Below, one piece after another: positions 1 through 9,970 of a stretch of 64,000 bases of DNA. Position numbers and translations under genes: made by a program. The stretch is from Chitinophagales bacterium. Its GTDB lineage: Bacteria; Bacteroidota; Bacteroidia; Chitinophagales; UBA10324. Each line of letters begins with the position of its first letter. Position 1 is the stretch's first letter. The notes below the pieces were generated by a model, which worked only from the letters and a program-made list of their open reading frames with translations, ran no database searches and was not told the DNA's origin. The DNA lies in the NCBI GenBank assembly GCA_039810885.1, contig JBDHXV010000005.1, positions 14,610 to 78,609 of the forward strand, given 5' to 3'.

Positions 1-1
1 C

Positions 2-484
2 TATGGAAACACAGGTTCAGCTTTTGCAAAACGATTGCAAGGATTTGATACGGAAGTTATCGGCTTTGACAAGTATCGAGATAGTTTTGATCAATATTGC
101 AAAAAGGTTTCTTTGCAAGAACTGCAAAAACGAGCACACATCCTGGGCATTCATCTTCCACTGACCAAAGAAACGCGCAACTTGATAACGGCATCTTACC
201 TTTCCCGATTTGAGAGACTTTGGTTTGTAATTAACACATCTCGTGGAAATATTTTAAACCTGCACGCCGTACTTGATATGGTGAACAAAGAGTCATTACA
301 AGGAGCAGGTCTTGATGTTATTGATAATGAAGAGGTGGAAACATACACTCAAGAAGAAAAAGAATTCTATCATCTCCTCAGCATACATCCGCGAATATTA
401 ATCACACCACACATTGCCGGCAAAAGCCACAGTACCCGTAAGCAGCATGCCAAAATACTTTTAAAAAAATTAAAAAGTTTTTAA
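2..484 (+). CDS. D-isomer-specific 2-hydroxyacid dehydrogenase family protein, C-terminal part (5' end outside the window)
   Basis: The frame stays open back to base 2 (YGNTGSAFAKRLQGFDTEVIGFD, an NAD-binding segment). Family-type catalytic motifs are present: INTSRG, LDVIDNEE, ITPHIAG. Confidence 0.75.
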   Translation, partial: YGNTGSAFAKRLQGFDTEVIGFDKYRDSFDQYCKKVSLQELQKRAHILGIHLPLTKETRNLITASYLSRFERLWFVINTSRGNILNLHAVLDMVNKESLQGAGLDVIDNEEVETYTQEEKEFYHLLSIHPRILITPHIAGKSHSTRKQHAKILLKKLKSF

Positions 485-574
485 AAGGATATTAATGTTT
501 TTAATCTCATTGTCAGGCTAACGTAAAAAGTAAATACGACCATAATACACTAACCAGAATAAATTTTACTTTAG

Positions 575-604
575 TTTGGTAATTCCGTTTAACGATTATA
601 TTTG
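575..604 (+). promoter_or_regulatory. Candidate Bacteroidota sigma-A promoter (-33 TTTG, -7 TAtaTTTG)
   Basis: TTTG at 575-578 and TATATTTG at 597-604, 18 nt apart. The site lies 42 nt upstream of the ATG at 646. Confidence 0.35.
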
Positions 605-645
605 TCCACCTTCAAAAAAGAACCCACAACTAAACCTAATTGAGT

Positions 646-3600
646 ATGAGAAAAATTTACTCGCTACTTATCGTTATACTTTTACTTTCAACAGGAGCTT
701 TCGCACAAACCGGTGAATTGCAGGGAAAGGTAATAGATGCAGAAACGAATAAAGGAATCGGCTTTGCTCCCGTAGCTATCATACAGGGAGGGGTGCAAAA
801 GGCAGGGGGCTATACCGAAGATGATGGTTCGTATTCCATCAAGCCTATTATTCCGGGCACATACACGGTGAAGGTTTCTTTTGTTGGCTACAATCCTATA
901 GAAATAAATAATGTAATTATTAGCTCAGATAAAATGTCCACACTCACCATTAAGATGACCCGAGTGGTGAATGAAATTAAACCTGTAATCATCACAGCTG
1001 AGCGTAAACTGGTTGACCCGGATAAAACACAAACTGGCGATACGAAAACCAAAACAGAAATTCAACAAATTGCTACCTCACGCAATAATCCAAACGACTT
1101 AGTCGGCATGTCTGCGGGTGTTTTTCAACGCGATAATGGGCAATCATTAAACGTGGGAGGTAACCGTGATTACAATAATAGGTATTATGTGGACGGTATT
1201 CCGATGCGCGGCAACATTAATTTGCCATCCACAGCTATTGAGCAATTAACGCTAATCTCAGGAGGTATCCCGGCTAAATATGGTGACGCTACGGGAGGTA
1301 TTATTACCATTACCACACGTGGCCCGTCAAAAATATTCAGCGGCGGTTTAGAATTAAATACCTCACACTTCTTAGATGGATTTGGCTATAAACTGGTTAA
1401 CTTTAACATTAGCGGACCTATATATACCAAATACAAAAAGACAGATACCTCACAAGCAAAAATCGGATTCTTCTTCTCCGGAGAATATTTGGGAAATAAA
1501 GATGGCAGCCCCTCTGCATTAGGTATTTGGCGTGTTAAAGACGATGTACTTACCACAATAAGACAAAATCCACTTATTCCCAATCCGAGTGGGTTTGGTT
1601 ATTCTAACAGAGCATCGTTTGTGCATGCATCCGACTTGCAAAATGTTAAATCCCGCTTGAATGATCGAGATAACAATTTTCGTTTTGCTTCTAAGATTGA
1701 TTTCCGCCTCACGGATTACATAAACGTTACTGTGGGAGGGAATGCCGACTTGCAATTCTCACGCATTGATTATGATGGCCTAAATTCAATGTTTAACTAT
1801 TACAACAACGTACGCCTCGATGAGCGTACTTATCGTGGATTTATTCGCTATACACAGCGTTTTAAAAACTCAATCACTGCTGAAAATAAATCAGCCTCGG
1901 TATTCCAAAATGCCTTTTACAACATTCAACTTGACTATACACACTTCGTTCAAACCATTGATAATGACGTGTTGAAAAAGCCTTTTGATTACAGCTACTA
2001 CGGCAAGTTTAAGACCTATAAAGCACCTCAATATTCTTATACTACAGATAGTATAATGACTCCGAATGGCTACAGACCAATCTCAGCAAACTACTTTACA
2101 GGTTATGCAGATACTCTAGTAACCTATCAACCATCAGATTTGAACCCGGATTTATCCAATTACATAATTGACTACTATTCCTTATCCGGCAGCACTCCTA
2201 TTGATGGAATCTATGGATTAAACGGAAATTCCTCTCTTTACCGCAGTTTAAATACGATGTTGAATAATGGAGGATTATTCAACGGATTCTCCCCCAGTGA
2301 TATTTATTCACTCTATCGCGCATCAGGTTATACTCAAGGTGAAATTAGAAAGTTAACGAATGACCAATATCGCTTATCCTTCCAGGGCTCAGTGGATATT
2401 GTGCGCCCATCATCTATTGGCGGAGAAAAAAACCGACACGCTCTGGAGTTTGGCTTTGAATATGAGCAGCGCGATGATCGAGGCTACAGAATATTCCCTA
2501 CAGGCGGTATAGGAATTTGGGGACTTGCGCGTCAACTCACCAATTCCCATTTAATCCTTGATAAGGATAATCCAATTATGGTTTACTCACAAGGAGGGGT
2601 GTTTATGGATACGGTAAATTACAACTATAAAAATGATGGCACTCAATCGTTCTTCGATTACAACCTTCGTAATAAAATAGGAGCCTCCCAATCAGAGTTT
2701 CTTGACATCAACAATATGGACCCATCCACTTTCAGCATAAATATGTTTAGCCCGGATGAATTGTTTAATAATGGTAACACGTACATTCAATATTGGGGAT
2801 ACGACTGGCGCGGAAATCGCTTAAAGTCACAGCCCTCATTCTTCGACTTTTTCACAAAGAAAGAAACCGTAGATGGGCGCGAAATTTATACCAGGCCCAT
2901 AGGCTCTTTCCGCCCCATTTATGCTGCTGCTTATATCCAAGATCGTTTCAACTTTAAAGACCTTGTATTCAATATCGGATTACGCATTGACCGCTACGAT
3001 GCAAACCAAAAAGTACTAAAAGACCAGTATTCTCTTTTCCCTATCCGCACCGTTGGGGATGTAACATCAATAAATGGTCAGGAAGTATCACATCCGGATA
3101 ATATTGGTAAAAATTATGTCGTCTATGTGAATAATGCTGAAAACCCAACATCTATACTGGGTTACCGTGATAAAGACACTTGGTATGATGCTACAGGTGC
3201 AGAAATTTCAGACCCCAAAATTATTGCACAAAATTCAGCAACGGGTCGCATAGAACCTTATTTAGCTGCGGGATACACTCGTAAATCAACCATAACGGAA
3301 GCCGGCTTTAAGGACTATGACCCGCAGATTAATTTCTTGCCTCGCATTGCCTTTTCATTTCCAATATCTGATGAAGCATTATTCTTCGCTCACTACGATG
3401 TGTTACTTCAGCGCCCCTTCAATAACCGTTCAACACCATATAACTACGAATTTTGGCAACAGATTGCCGTAAACTCAAGATTTAATAATCCGGATTTATT
3501 ACCCGAAAAAACAATTGACTATCAAGTTGGATTCCAGCAAGCCATAAGCAAAACATCGGCACTAACTATATCGCTTACATACAAAGAATTAAAAAACATG

Positions 3601-4389
3601 GTGCAGGCACGTAATATTGTTTATGCCTTGCCTATTGATTATAAGACTTATGGCAATCTTGACTTCGGTACGGTAAAGTCGTTACAAATAATGTATGAAA
3701 TGCGCCGCACTAAGAATATTCGCATGGACTTCAATTACACCTTGCAATTTGCAGAAGGCACGGGGTCAAACTCAACATCAGCCGTCAATCTGATTAACTC
3801 AGGGCAACCTAACTTACGCGCCATTATTCCGTTTAGCTACGATCAACGTCACACAATTAATGCAACGATTGACTATCGCTTCGGCGAAGGAAAAGACTAT
3901 AATGGTCCGATAACCAAGAATGGCAAACAAATATTGAAGAATACCGGATTGAACACCATATTCCGTGTAGGTTCTGGAACACCTTATACTCGTCAGCAAA
4001 ATCCTACACCGGAAGCTTTATTCGGAGTAGTAACACAATCTGCATTAAAAGGTAGCTTGAACGGCTCTCGTTTACCATACACTTTCAAGGTGGATATGCG
4101 CTTAGATCGAGATTTTATACTTACCACAAAAGATAATAAGAAAAAAGCATACATCAATGCTTTTGTATTAGTGCAAAATGTTCTAAATGCTAAAAATGTA
4201 GTTTCCGTTTATAGTTATACCGGCTCATCAACAGACGATGGGTATATCGCATCCGCTACAGGTCAGCAGTCTTTACAAGGAAAATTAGACGCTGAAGCTT
4301 ATCAAGATTTATATCGCGTTAAATTGTTAAATCCAGGCAACTACACCATGCCACGTAGAATTTGGGCAGGTGTAGTTTTAAACTTCTAA
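646..4389 (+). CDS. Giant TonB-dependent-receptor-like outer membrane protein (CarboxypepD_reg + plug + ~1000-aa beta-barrel)
   Basis: Signal peptide MRKIYSLLIVILLLSTGAFAQ. The CarboxypepD_reg-like segment is GKVIDAETNKGIGFAPVAI...GTYTVKVSFVGYNP. The plug-like segment is YYVDGIPMRG...GGIPAKYGDATGGIITITTRG. A long Y/N/G-rich barrel ends in the OMP beta-signal ...AGVVLNF. The track ORF starts at TTG 640, but ATG 646 is the more likely start. Confidence 0.8.
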   Translation: MRKIYSLLIVILLLSTGAFAQTGELQGKVIDAETNKGIGFAPVAIIQGGVQKAGGYTEDDGSYSIKPIIPGTYTVKVSFVGYNPIEINNVIISSDKMSTLTIKMTRVVNEIKPVIITAERKLVDPDKTQTGDTKTKTEIQQIATSRNNPNDLVGMSAGVFQRDNGQSLNVGGNRDYNNRYYVDGIPMRGNINLPSTAIEQLTLISGGIPAKYGDATGGIITITTRGPSKIFSGGLELNTSHFLDGFGYKLVNFNISGPIYTKYKKTDTSQAKIGFFFSGEYLGNKDGSPSALGIWRVKDDVLTTIRQNPLIPNPSGFGYSNRASFVHASDLQNVKSRLNDRDNNFRFASKIDFRLTDYINVTVGGNADLQFSRIDYDGLNSMFNYYNNVRLDERTYRGFIRYTQRFKNSITAENKSASVFQNAFYNIQLDYTHFVQTIDNDVLKKPFDYSYYGKFKTYKAPQYSYTTDSIMTPNGYRPISANYFTGYADTLVTYQPSDLNPDLSNYIIDYYSLSGSTPIDGIYGLNGNSSLYRSLNTMLNNGGLFNGFSPSDIYSLYRASGYTQGEIRKLTNDQYRLSFQGSVDIVRPSSIGGEKNRHALEFGFEYEQRDDRGYRIFPTGGIGIWGLARQLTNSHLILDKDNPIMVYSQGGVFMDTVNYNYKNDGTQSFFDYNLRNKIGASQSEFLDINNMDPSTFSINMFSPDELFNNGNTYIQYWGYDWRGNRLKSQPSFFDFFTKKETVDGREIYTRPIGSFRPIYAAAYIQDRFNFKDLVFNIGLRIDRYDANQKVLKDQYSLFPIRTVGDVTSINGQEVSHPDNIGKNYVVYVNNAENPTSILGYRDKDTWYDATGAEISDPKIIAQNSATGRIEPYLAAGYTRKSTITEAGFKDYDPQINFLPRIAFSFPISDEALFFAHYDVLLQRPFNNRSTPYNYEFWQQIAVNSRFNNPDLLPEKTIDYQVGFQQAISKTSALTISLTYKELKNMVQARNIVYALPIDYKTYGNLDFGTVKSLQIMYEMRRTKNIRMDFNYTLQFAEGTGSNSTSAVNLINSGQPNLRAIIPFSYDQRHTINATIDYRFGEGKDYNGPITKNGKQILKNTGLNTIFRVGSGTPYTRQQNPTPEALFGVVTQSALKGSLNGSRLPYTFKVDMRLDRDFILTTKDNKKKAYINAFVLVQNVLNAKNVVSVYSYTGSSTDDGYIASATGQQSLQGKLDAEAYQDLYRVKLLNPGNYTMPRRIWAGVVLNF

Positions 4390-4392
4390 TAA

Positions 4393-7300
4393 ATGATTAA
4401 ACTATCTGTTATGAGAATAAATTGGTTCACCTCCGCATCAGTAATCATTTTAGCGGGTTTGTGCTCTTTGAACACGTCAGCTAAAGAGTTGAGCGGGCTG
4501 CCGCACCGTAAGGATGTGGGTGATCGCATTAGTGCCGGCGATTGTTCCCCCGCAACATCATCCATTGACTTAAATATCAATAACGTTCGTGCAAAAATTC
4601 AGAACGGCGGTGATATGTGGTGGGACTTGGTAAATGTTGCTAAGTATGAGGTGCCAAAGGTTGAGCCCGGTCAAACACCGGCAAATTCGTTATTTGCAAG
4701 TGCTATATGGATTGGAGGCATTGACCAAAACAATCAGTTAAAGGTAGCTTGCCAAACCTATCGCCAAACGGGGAACGACTTTTTTCCAGGCCCCTTAGAT
4801 GGAGTAGGTGGCACAACCACTTCTGATATATGCAGCGCCTTTGATCGTCACTGGCAAGTATTAGGAGCAGAAATTGAAGAGGTCATTAACCTATGGGATA
4901 CTAATGGAGGTGCTCCGCTTTCAGCCGATGCTATTCCTCAAAATATATTAAACTGGCCTGCACGAAATAATCCTTTTAATACCGTAGTTGGCAGCCGCAA
5001 TATGGCTCCGTTCTTTGATCGTGATGAAGACGGAAACTACGACCCTACACAAGGCGATTACCCTATTATCGGTCAGAATAATTCAAACGTATATGCTGAT
5101 CAGATGATATGGTGGGTTTACAATGATAACGGCAATATACACTCAGAAACAGGCGGCGAATCTATTGGAATTGAGATACAGGCATTAGCGTTTGCTTTTA
5201 AAACTTCAGATGAAGTAAACGACATGACCTTTTATAAATATCGCTTATTAAACAAATCCTTAACATCTATTTCAAACTGTTTTATGGGCCAATGGTGCGA
5301 CCCGGATTTAGGTTGCCACCTCGATGACTATATCGGATGCGATACGGTTCAAGGTTTAGGTATTGTTTACAATGCAGACCCGGTAGATGAGGCTTGCGGC
5401 TCTGGAGGAGGTTATGGAAACCAACCACCTTTAGTAGGTATTGATTACTTTCAAGGTCCATTAGATGAAAATGGTGTCGAGTTAGGAATGTCATATTTCC
5501 TATACTATAATAATGACTTTACAGTAATGGGCAATCCCGAGAAAACATCCGACTACTACGGATACTTATCCGGAAAGTGGAAAGATGGTTCACCATATAC
5601 CTATGGGGGTACTGCTTATGGAGGTACGACACCAACAAAATATGTTTTTCCAAGTAAACCAAGTATTAACAGCGGCTGGTCAGAGTGCTCTCAACAAAAC
5701 ACTGCCGCTGACCGTCGCTTTGTACAGAGTTCCGGACCATTCACTCTATTACCCGGAGCAAATAATGATATCATTGTAGGTGTTGTATGGGTGCGCCCTC
5801 CTATAGGCACTTATGCTCCCTGTCCAACTTTTGACTTACTATTAAAAGCCGATAATAAAGCTCAGGCACTCTTTGATTCCAACTTCAAGATTCTTGATGG
5901 ACCTTCATCTCCTCAAGTTAAAATAGTGGAATTAGATAAAAAGCTCATTCTTGCCATTGAGGGATATAAAAATACTGAAGCCTATTCTCAGGCCGACCCT
6001 GTATTGAGAAAACTTAACATTAAAGACTCACTATTTAAGTTTGAAGGCTACCAGGTTTATCAACTAAAGAGCGCGTCTATATCCTTACAAGAGTTAAGCG
6101 ATCCAACAAAAGCACAGTTAATCTATCAGTGTGATATTAAGAATGGAATAAATAAATTAGTGAATTACGTCTATGACGCTACGATAGGCGATGAGGTGCC
6201 GGTTCTAAAAGTAATAGGTAACGATGCCGGCATTAAACACACCTTTGAGATTACCACAAATTCATTTGCGATAACGGATAAAAGTTTAATTAATCATCAA
6301 ACCTATTATTTCGCAGTAGTCCCTTATGCCTATAATGGTTTTGTGAATACAGAGATAACAGGATATCTCTTTAATGAGAATGGAGATAGCATTGCTCAAA
6401 CGGTTACTACAAAACAGAAACAACCGTATTTATCAAGCCGCTCAGTAAACATTGTCAAAGGAATACCGCACGTTACAGACCCTGAATTTTCGGGATTGAA
6501 ACTAAACTCCAATTATGGTGATGGTCCTGAAATCGTTCGCCAAGAAGGCAGAGGTAATGGTGGACTATTCGTTGACCTCACCTCCGAAAGCGTTAATGAT
6601 ATCCTTCTAAATGGGATAGCAATTAATCCAAAGTATAAAAATGGTGCCGGTCCGGTATCTGTTAAAGTGTTTGATCCCAAATCTGTGCCTTCAGCCGATT
6701 TTGAATTAATGATTAAAGGCCCAACCGTTGGTTCAACGAACACCATGTCTGACACCTCAACTTGGGTATTGCAAATGAAAGATGGGAACACAGTATTATC
6801 TGAAAAAAACATCAGCGTGGGTAATGAACAACTCATACCCGACTGGGGCCTTTCCGTATATATACAACAAGTAAGTGCTCCGATATTATTTAGTGAACAG
6901 AAGTTTGTTATCGGGTGGGATATAACAGCAAAGGATAAAACAAAATCATGGCTTAGTGGGGTCCCAGATGTAGATGGAAACCCGTATTTTAATTGGATAT
7001 TATCCGGAAGCTACAAGCATCAGGGCACCGTTATGTTAAATCTTACAAGCGATTATTCATACACGTCCGTGAGCGGGGTAACTCAATTTGAAGACCCATC
7101 TGCACAATACGAAGAGATTGCAAACCGCACAATTGCGCCTTATCGCTTCTGCTCTCAAAACATATATTACGGCCCCATTTTAAACAATGCTGCTGCTCGC
7201 TCTCAAAACGTACTTACCGACTTGCCAAGCATTAATTTGGTATTTACTCCAGATAAATCTAAATGGACTCGTTGCGTAGTCATCGAAACTTGCCCGGAAA

Positions 7301-8220
7301 TAGCACTGAGCGAAGGAGGTGTACCTAAAATGGCTGTACGTCATGGACGTTCAGTAGATCAAAATGGTATTCCTTCATCCGACCCGAACGATATCGGAAT
7401 GGGCTGGTTCCCGGGTTATGCAATAGATCCGGAAACAGGAATGCGGTTAAACGTAATGTTCGGTGAAGATTCATGGCAGATTGATCAAAACGGCCGCGAT
7501 ATGATATGGAACCCAACGGCTAATTTCTTTACACCTTCCGGAGAAGCTATATTCGGCGGTCGCCACTGGATTTATGTCATGAAAACTCAATATGATGAGT
7601 GTGCTTATATCAAGAGCCAACTTTTATTAGCTTCCGGCACAACATCAGTTCCGGTATCTGCTGGATTAGCTGTTTACAAAACAGTAGCTTGGGTTGCCCA
7701 ACCCATGTTAGAGCAAGAAAAGAAATTCTTACCACTAACACAAGGGCTAATACCTACAGAAACCACAGTTAGAATTCGTATGAATCGCCCTTATGAAAAA
7801 TATCAAGCAGGCGATATTATCAATGAAACTAAACCCCGCTATACTTTCAATACTGCAAATATTGCGGCAGTTAAAAATGATTTAGTTATAGCAAAGACAG
7901 CCTTAGATACAATAAAGGTTATTCCAAATCCATATTATGCATACTCCGGGTACGAACGAAATCAGATTGATAACCGTGTAAAAATTGCAAACCTTCCTCA
8001 AAAGTGCACCATAACGATTTATTCATTGGATGGTACCCTTATTCGACGCTACAATCGTGATGATAATTCATCAACATCGCTCGATTGGGATTTGAAAAAT
8101 ACTGCCGGTGTTCCTATTGCAAGCGGTATGTATCTTATACATATTAATGCTGAAGGCATTGGAGAAAAAACATTAAAATGGTTTGGCGTTACACGACCAA
8201 TAGATCTTGACTCATTCTAA
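4393..8220 (+). CDS. Large secreted protein of unknown function with a T9SS/FlgD-like C-terminal beta-sandwich domain
   Basis: A 1275-aa uninterrupted ORF starts 3 nt after the upstream stop. It has an N-terminal hydrophobic signal (SASVIILAGLCSL). The C-terminus VIPNPYY...CTITIYSLDGTLIRRY...DWDLKNTAGVPIASGMYLIHI resembles T9SS type-A sorting domains. I recognise no enzymatic motif. Confidence 0.7.
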   Translation: MIKLSVMRINWFTSASVIILAGLCSLNTSAKELSGLPHRKDVGDRISAGDCSPATSSIDLNINNVRAKIQNGGDMWWDLVNVAKYEVPKVEPGQTPANSLFASAIWIGGIDQNNQLKVACQTYRQTGNDFFPGPLDGVGGTTTSDICSAFDRHWQVLGAEIEEVINLWDTNGGAPLSADAIPQNILNWPARNNPFNTVVGSRNMAPFFDRDEDGNYDPTQGDYPIIGQNNSNVYADQMIWWVYNDNGNIHSETGGESIGIEIQALAFAFKTSDEVNDMTFYKYRLLNKSLTSISNCFMGQWCDPDLGCHLDDYIGCDTVQGLGIVYNADPVDEACGSGGGYGNQPPLVGIDYFQGPLDENGVELGMSYFLYYNNDFTVMGNPEKTSDYYGYLSGKWKDGSPYTYGGTAYGGTTPTKYVFPSKPSINSGWSECSQQNTAADRRFVQSSGPFTLLPGANNDIIVGVVWVRPPIGTYAPCPTFDLLLKADNKAQALFDSNFKILDGPSSPQVKIVELDKKLILAIEGYKNTEAYSQADPVLRKLNIKDSLFKFEGYQVYQLKSASISLQELSDPTKAQLIYQCDIKNGINKLVNYVYDATIGDEVPVLKVIGNDAGIKHTFEITTNSFAITDKSLINHQTYYFAVVPYAYNGFVNTEITGYLFNENGDSIAQTVTTKQKQPYLSSRSVNIVKGIPHVTDPEFSGLKLNSNYGDGPEIVRQEGRGNGGLFVDLTSESVNDILLNGIAINPKYKNGAGPVSVKVFDPKSVPSADFELMIKGPTVGSTNTMSDTSTWVLQMKDGNTVLSEKNISVGNEQLIPDWGLSVYIQQVSAPILFSEQKFVIGWDITAKDKTKSWLSGVPDVDGNPYFNWILSGSYKHQGTVMLNLTSDYSYTSVSGVTQFEDPSAQYEEIANRTIAPYRFCSQNIYYGPILNNAAARSQNVLTDLPSINLVFTPDKSKWTRCVVIETCPEIALSEGGVPKMAVRHGRSVDQNGIPSSDPNDIGMGWFPGYAIDPETGMRLNVMFGEDSWQIDQNGRDMIWNPTANFFTPSGEAIFGGRHWIYVMKTQYDECAYIKSQLLLASGTTSVPVSAGLAVYKTVAWVAQPMLEQEKKFLPLTQGLIPTETTVRIRMNRPYEKYQAGDIINETKPRYTFNTANIAAVKNDLVIAKTALDTIKVIPNPYYAYSGYERNQIDNRVKIANLPQKCTITIYSLDGTLIRRYNRDDNSSTSLDWDLKNTAGVPIASGMYLIHINAEGIGEKTLKWFGVTRPIDLDSF

Positions 8221-8244
8221 CCCTTTAATTGAAAATCTGAAATT

Positions 8245-9306
8245 ATGAAAAGACTTTTAGTCCTAATCTTAATCGTTTTAAACCTATCGGCATTTGCCGG
8301 TAATAAAGACCGCGCTGGCCAGGCCGGTGCGTATGAGTTGCTTATTAATCCTTGGGGGCGCAGCAGTGGTTGGAATGGGTTAAACACCTCCACCGTTAGA
8401 GGATTTGAAGCCATGAACCAAAATGTAGCCGGCTTAGCATTTACTAAAAAGACCGAAATAGGCTTTGCACATAGCAACTATTTAGTAGGCACGGGGATCA
8501 ATATTAATGCCTTAGGGTTTTCGCAGTCTGTTGGTAAATCAGGTGGCGTGTTAGGTGTCTCTATCATGTCCATGACATTTGGCGAGATCCCTGTAACAAC
8601 TACTCAAAACCCGGAAGGGGGCATAGGGGTATATAAGCCTCAGTTTTTAAATATTGCATTAGCCTACTCAAAAATATTTTCAAGAAGCATATACGGAGGG
8701 TTTGTTGTACGCGGAATATCAGAGTCCGTATCTAATATTCAAGCTACAGGCTTATCTCTAGATGCGGGTATTCAATACCAAACCGGCACGAAGAAAGACC
8801 CTGAAAAAATAAAGTTTGGCATTGCATTACGGAACATTGGAACCCCAATGCGATATCACGGAGATGCTCTTTCATTTAGAGGAACAGCACCTGAAGGAAA
8901 TTACCCTTTAACTATTGAAAAACGCTCTCAACAATTTGAGTTACCCTCGATGTTAAACATCGGACTTTCTTATGATTTCAAATTTGGAGCAGGTGAAGGA
9001 AGCGACCAAAGTCAACGCCTTACGCTTGCCGGTAACTTCACATCAAATTCATTCTATCGGGATCAAATCGGCGCCGGATTAGAATATGCCTTCAAAGAAC
9101 AGTTTATGATTCGTGGTGGGTACAATTATCAGCAAGGATTGATGAGTTCAAAAGATAGAAGCACAGCATTTACCGGCCTTAGCGGTGGAGTTTCTATAGA
9201 ACTACCAATGAAAAAGGGAGGACCAAGTGCTGCATTTGACTATTCTTATCGTACTAGCAAACCATGGGGCGGTACACACACCATAGGTGTACGAATTCTG
9301 CTTTAA
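8245..9306 (+). CDS. PorV/PorQ-family-like outer membrane beta-barrel protein
   Basis: Signal peptide MKRLLVLILIVLNLSAFA. The N-terminal YELLINPWGRSSGWNGLNT...NQNVAGLAF parallels the PorV/PorQ signature (FLxIxPxxRxxGxGxxG...NPAxxAF). The remainder shows an alternating G/Y/S beta-strand pattern. Confidence 0.6.
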   Translation: MKRLLVLILIVLNLSAFAGNKDRAGQAGAYELLINPWGRSSGWNGLNTSTVRGFEAMNQNVAGLAFTKKTEIGFAHSNYLVGTGININALGFSQSVGKSGGVLGVSIMSMTFGEIPVTTTQNPEGGIGVYKPQFLNIALAYSKIFSRSIYGGFVVRGISESVSNIQATGLSLDAGIQYQTGTKKDPEKIKFGIALRNIGTPMRYHGDALSFRGTAPEGNYPLTIEKRSQQFELPSMLNIGLSYDFKFGAGEGSDQSQRLTLAGNFTSNSFYRDQIGAGLEYAFKEQFMIRGGYNYQQGLMSSKDRSTAFTGLSGGVSIELPMKKGGPSAAFDYSYRTSKPWGGTHTIGVRILL

Positions 9307-9331
9307 TTAATACCTCAATTAATCAAGATAG

Positions 9332-9366
9332 AAACGCTTTCGCGAGAGAGCGTTTTTTATTTTTTT
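9332..9366 (+). terminator. Rho-independent terminator closing the 646-9306 operon
   Basis: A 10-bp stem (aaacgctttc / gagagcgttt, one G-U pair) with a GCGA loop is followed by tttatttttt. Confidence 0.6.
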
Positions 9367-9385
9367 AAAATCAATCAAATTTAAT

Positions 9386-9868
9386 ATGGCGAATATCCAA
9401 TACTTCACACCGGAAGGCCTCGAAAAGTTAAAACAAGAGCTGAACGAGATGAAAACAAAAGGACGGGCAGACATCGCAAGGGCAATTGCCGAAGCTCGCG
9501 ATAAAGGCGATTTATCGGAAAATGCAGAATATGATGCGGCAAAAGATGCTCAAGGCATGTTGGAAATGAAAATTGCACAGTTGGAAACAACTCTAGCGCA
9601 GGCGCGGATTATTGATAAGAGTAAAATGGACGCATCCAAAATAATGATTTTGTCCACGGTTAAAGTTAAGAATCTAAACACTAAAACTAACGCACAATTC
9701 ATTCTAGTATCTGAAAATGAAGCCAATATTAAAATAGGTAAGATATCCGTGAGTTCTCCAATTGGTAAGGGTTTGTTAGGTAAAATGGTAGGTGAGATTG
9801 CAGAAATAATGGTTCCTGCCGGAACAATAAGATTCGAGATACTTGAAATCTCATTTGAATCCATGTAA
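9386..9868 (+). CDS. greA: Transcription elongation factor GreA
   Basis: 160 aa. The N-terminal coiled-coil carries the acidic tip motif DLSENAEYDAAK, followed by a C-terminal globular domain. Confidence 0.9.
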   Translation: MANIQYFTPEGLEKLKQELNEMKTKGRADIARAIAEARDKGDLSENAEYDAAKDAQGMLEMKIAQLETTLAQARIIDKSKMDASKIMILSTVKVKNLNTKTNAQFILVSENEANIKIGKISVSSPIGKGLLGKMVGEIAEIMVPAGTIRFEILEISFESM

Positions 9869-9924
9869 CCCGGCCGCCTCTAAATATTTCCACTACAATG
9901 ATTGGCTGATTTCAAACATTATCT

Positions 9925-9932
9925 TACTTTTG
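9925..9932 (+). promoter_or_regulatory. Candidate -7 element (TActTTTG) for the suf operon
   Basis: Exact TAnnTTTG match 38 nt upstream of the sufB ATG. Confidence 0.3.
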
Positions 9933-9970
9933 TGTTTTAGAATTTGTCTAAATAAGCAACCTAACTCGCT

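Noticed and set aside
4393-8220. Calling the 1275-aa ORF the T9SS sortase PorU, given its size, retained CTD and position upstream of a PorV-like gene
   Set aside because: I could not find a peptidase-C25-like His/Cys dyad context or the PorU-type N-terminal pattern. The call is left open and flagged as the key test in finding 1, rather than asserted.
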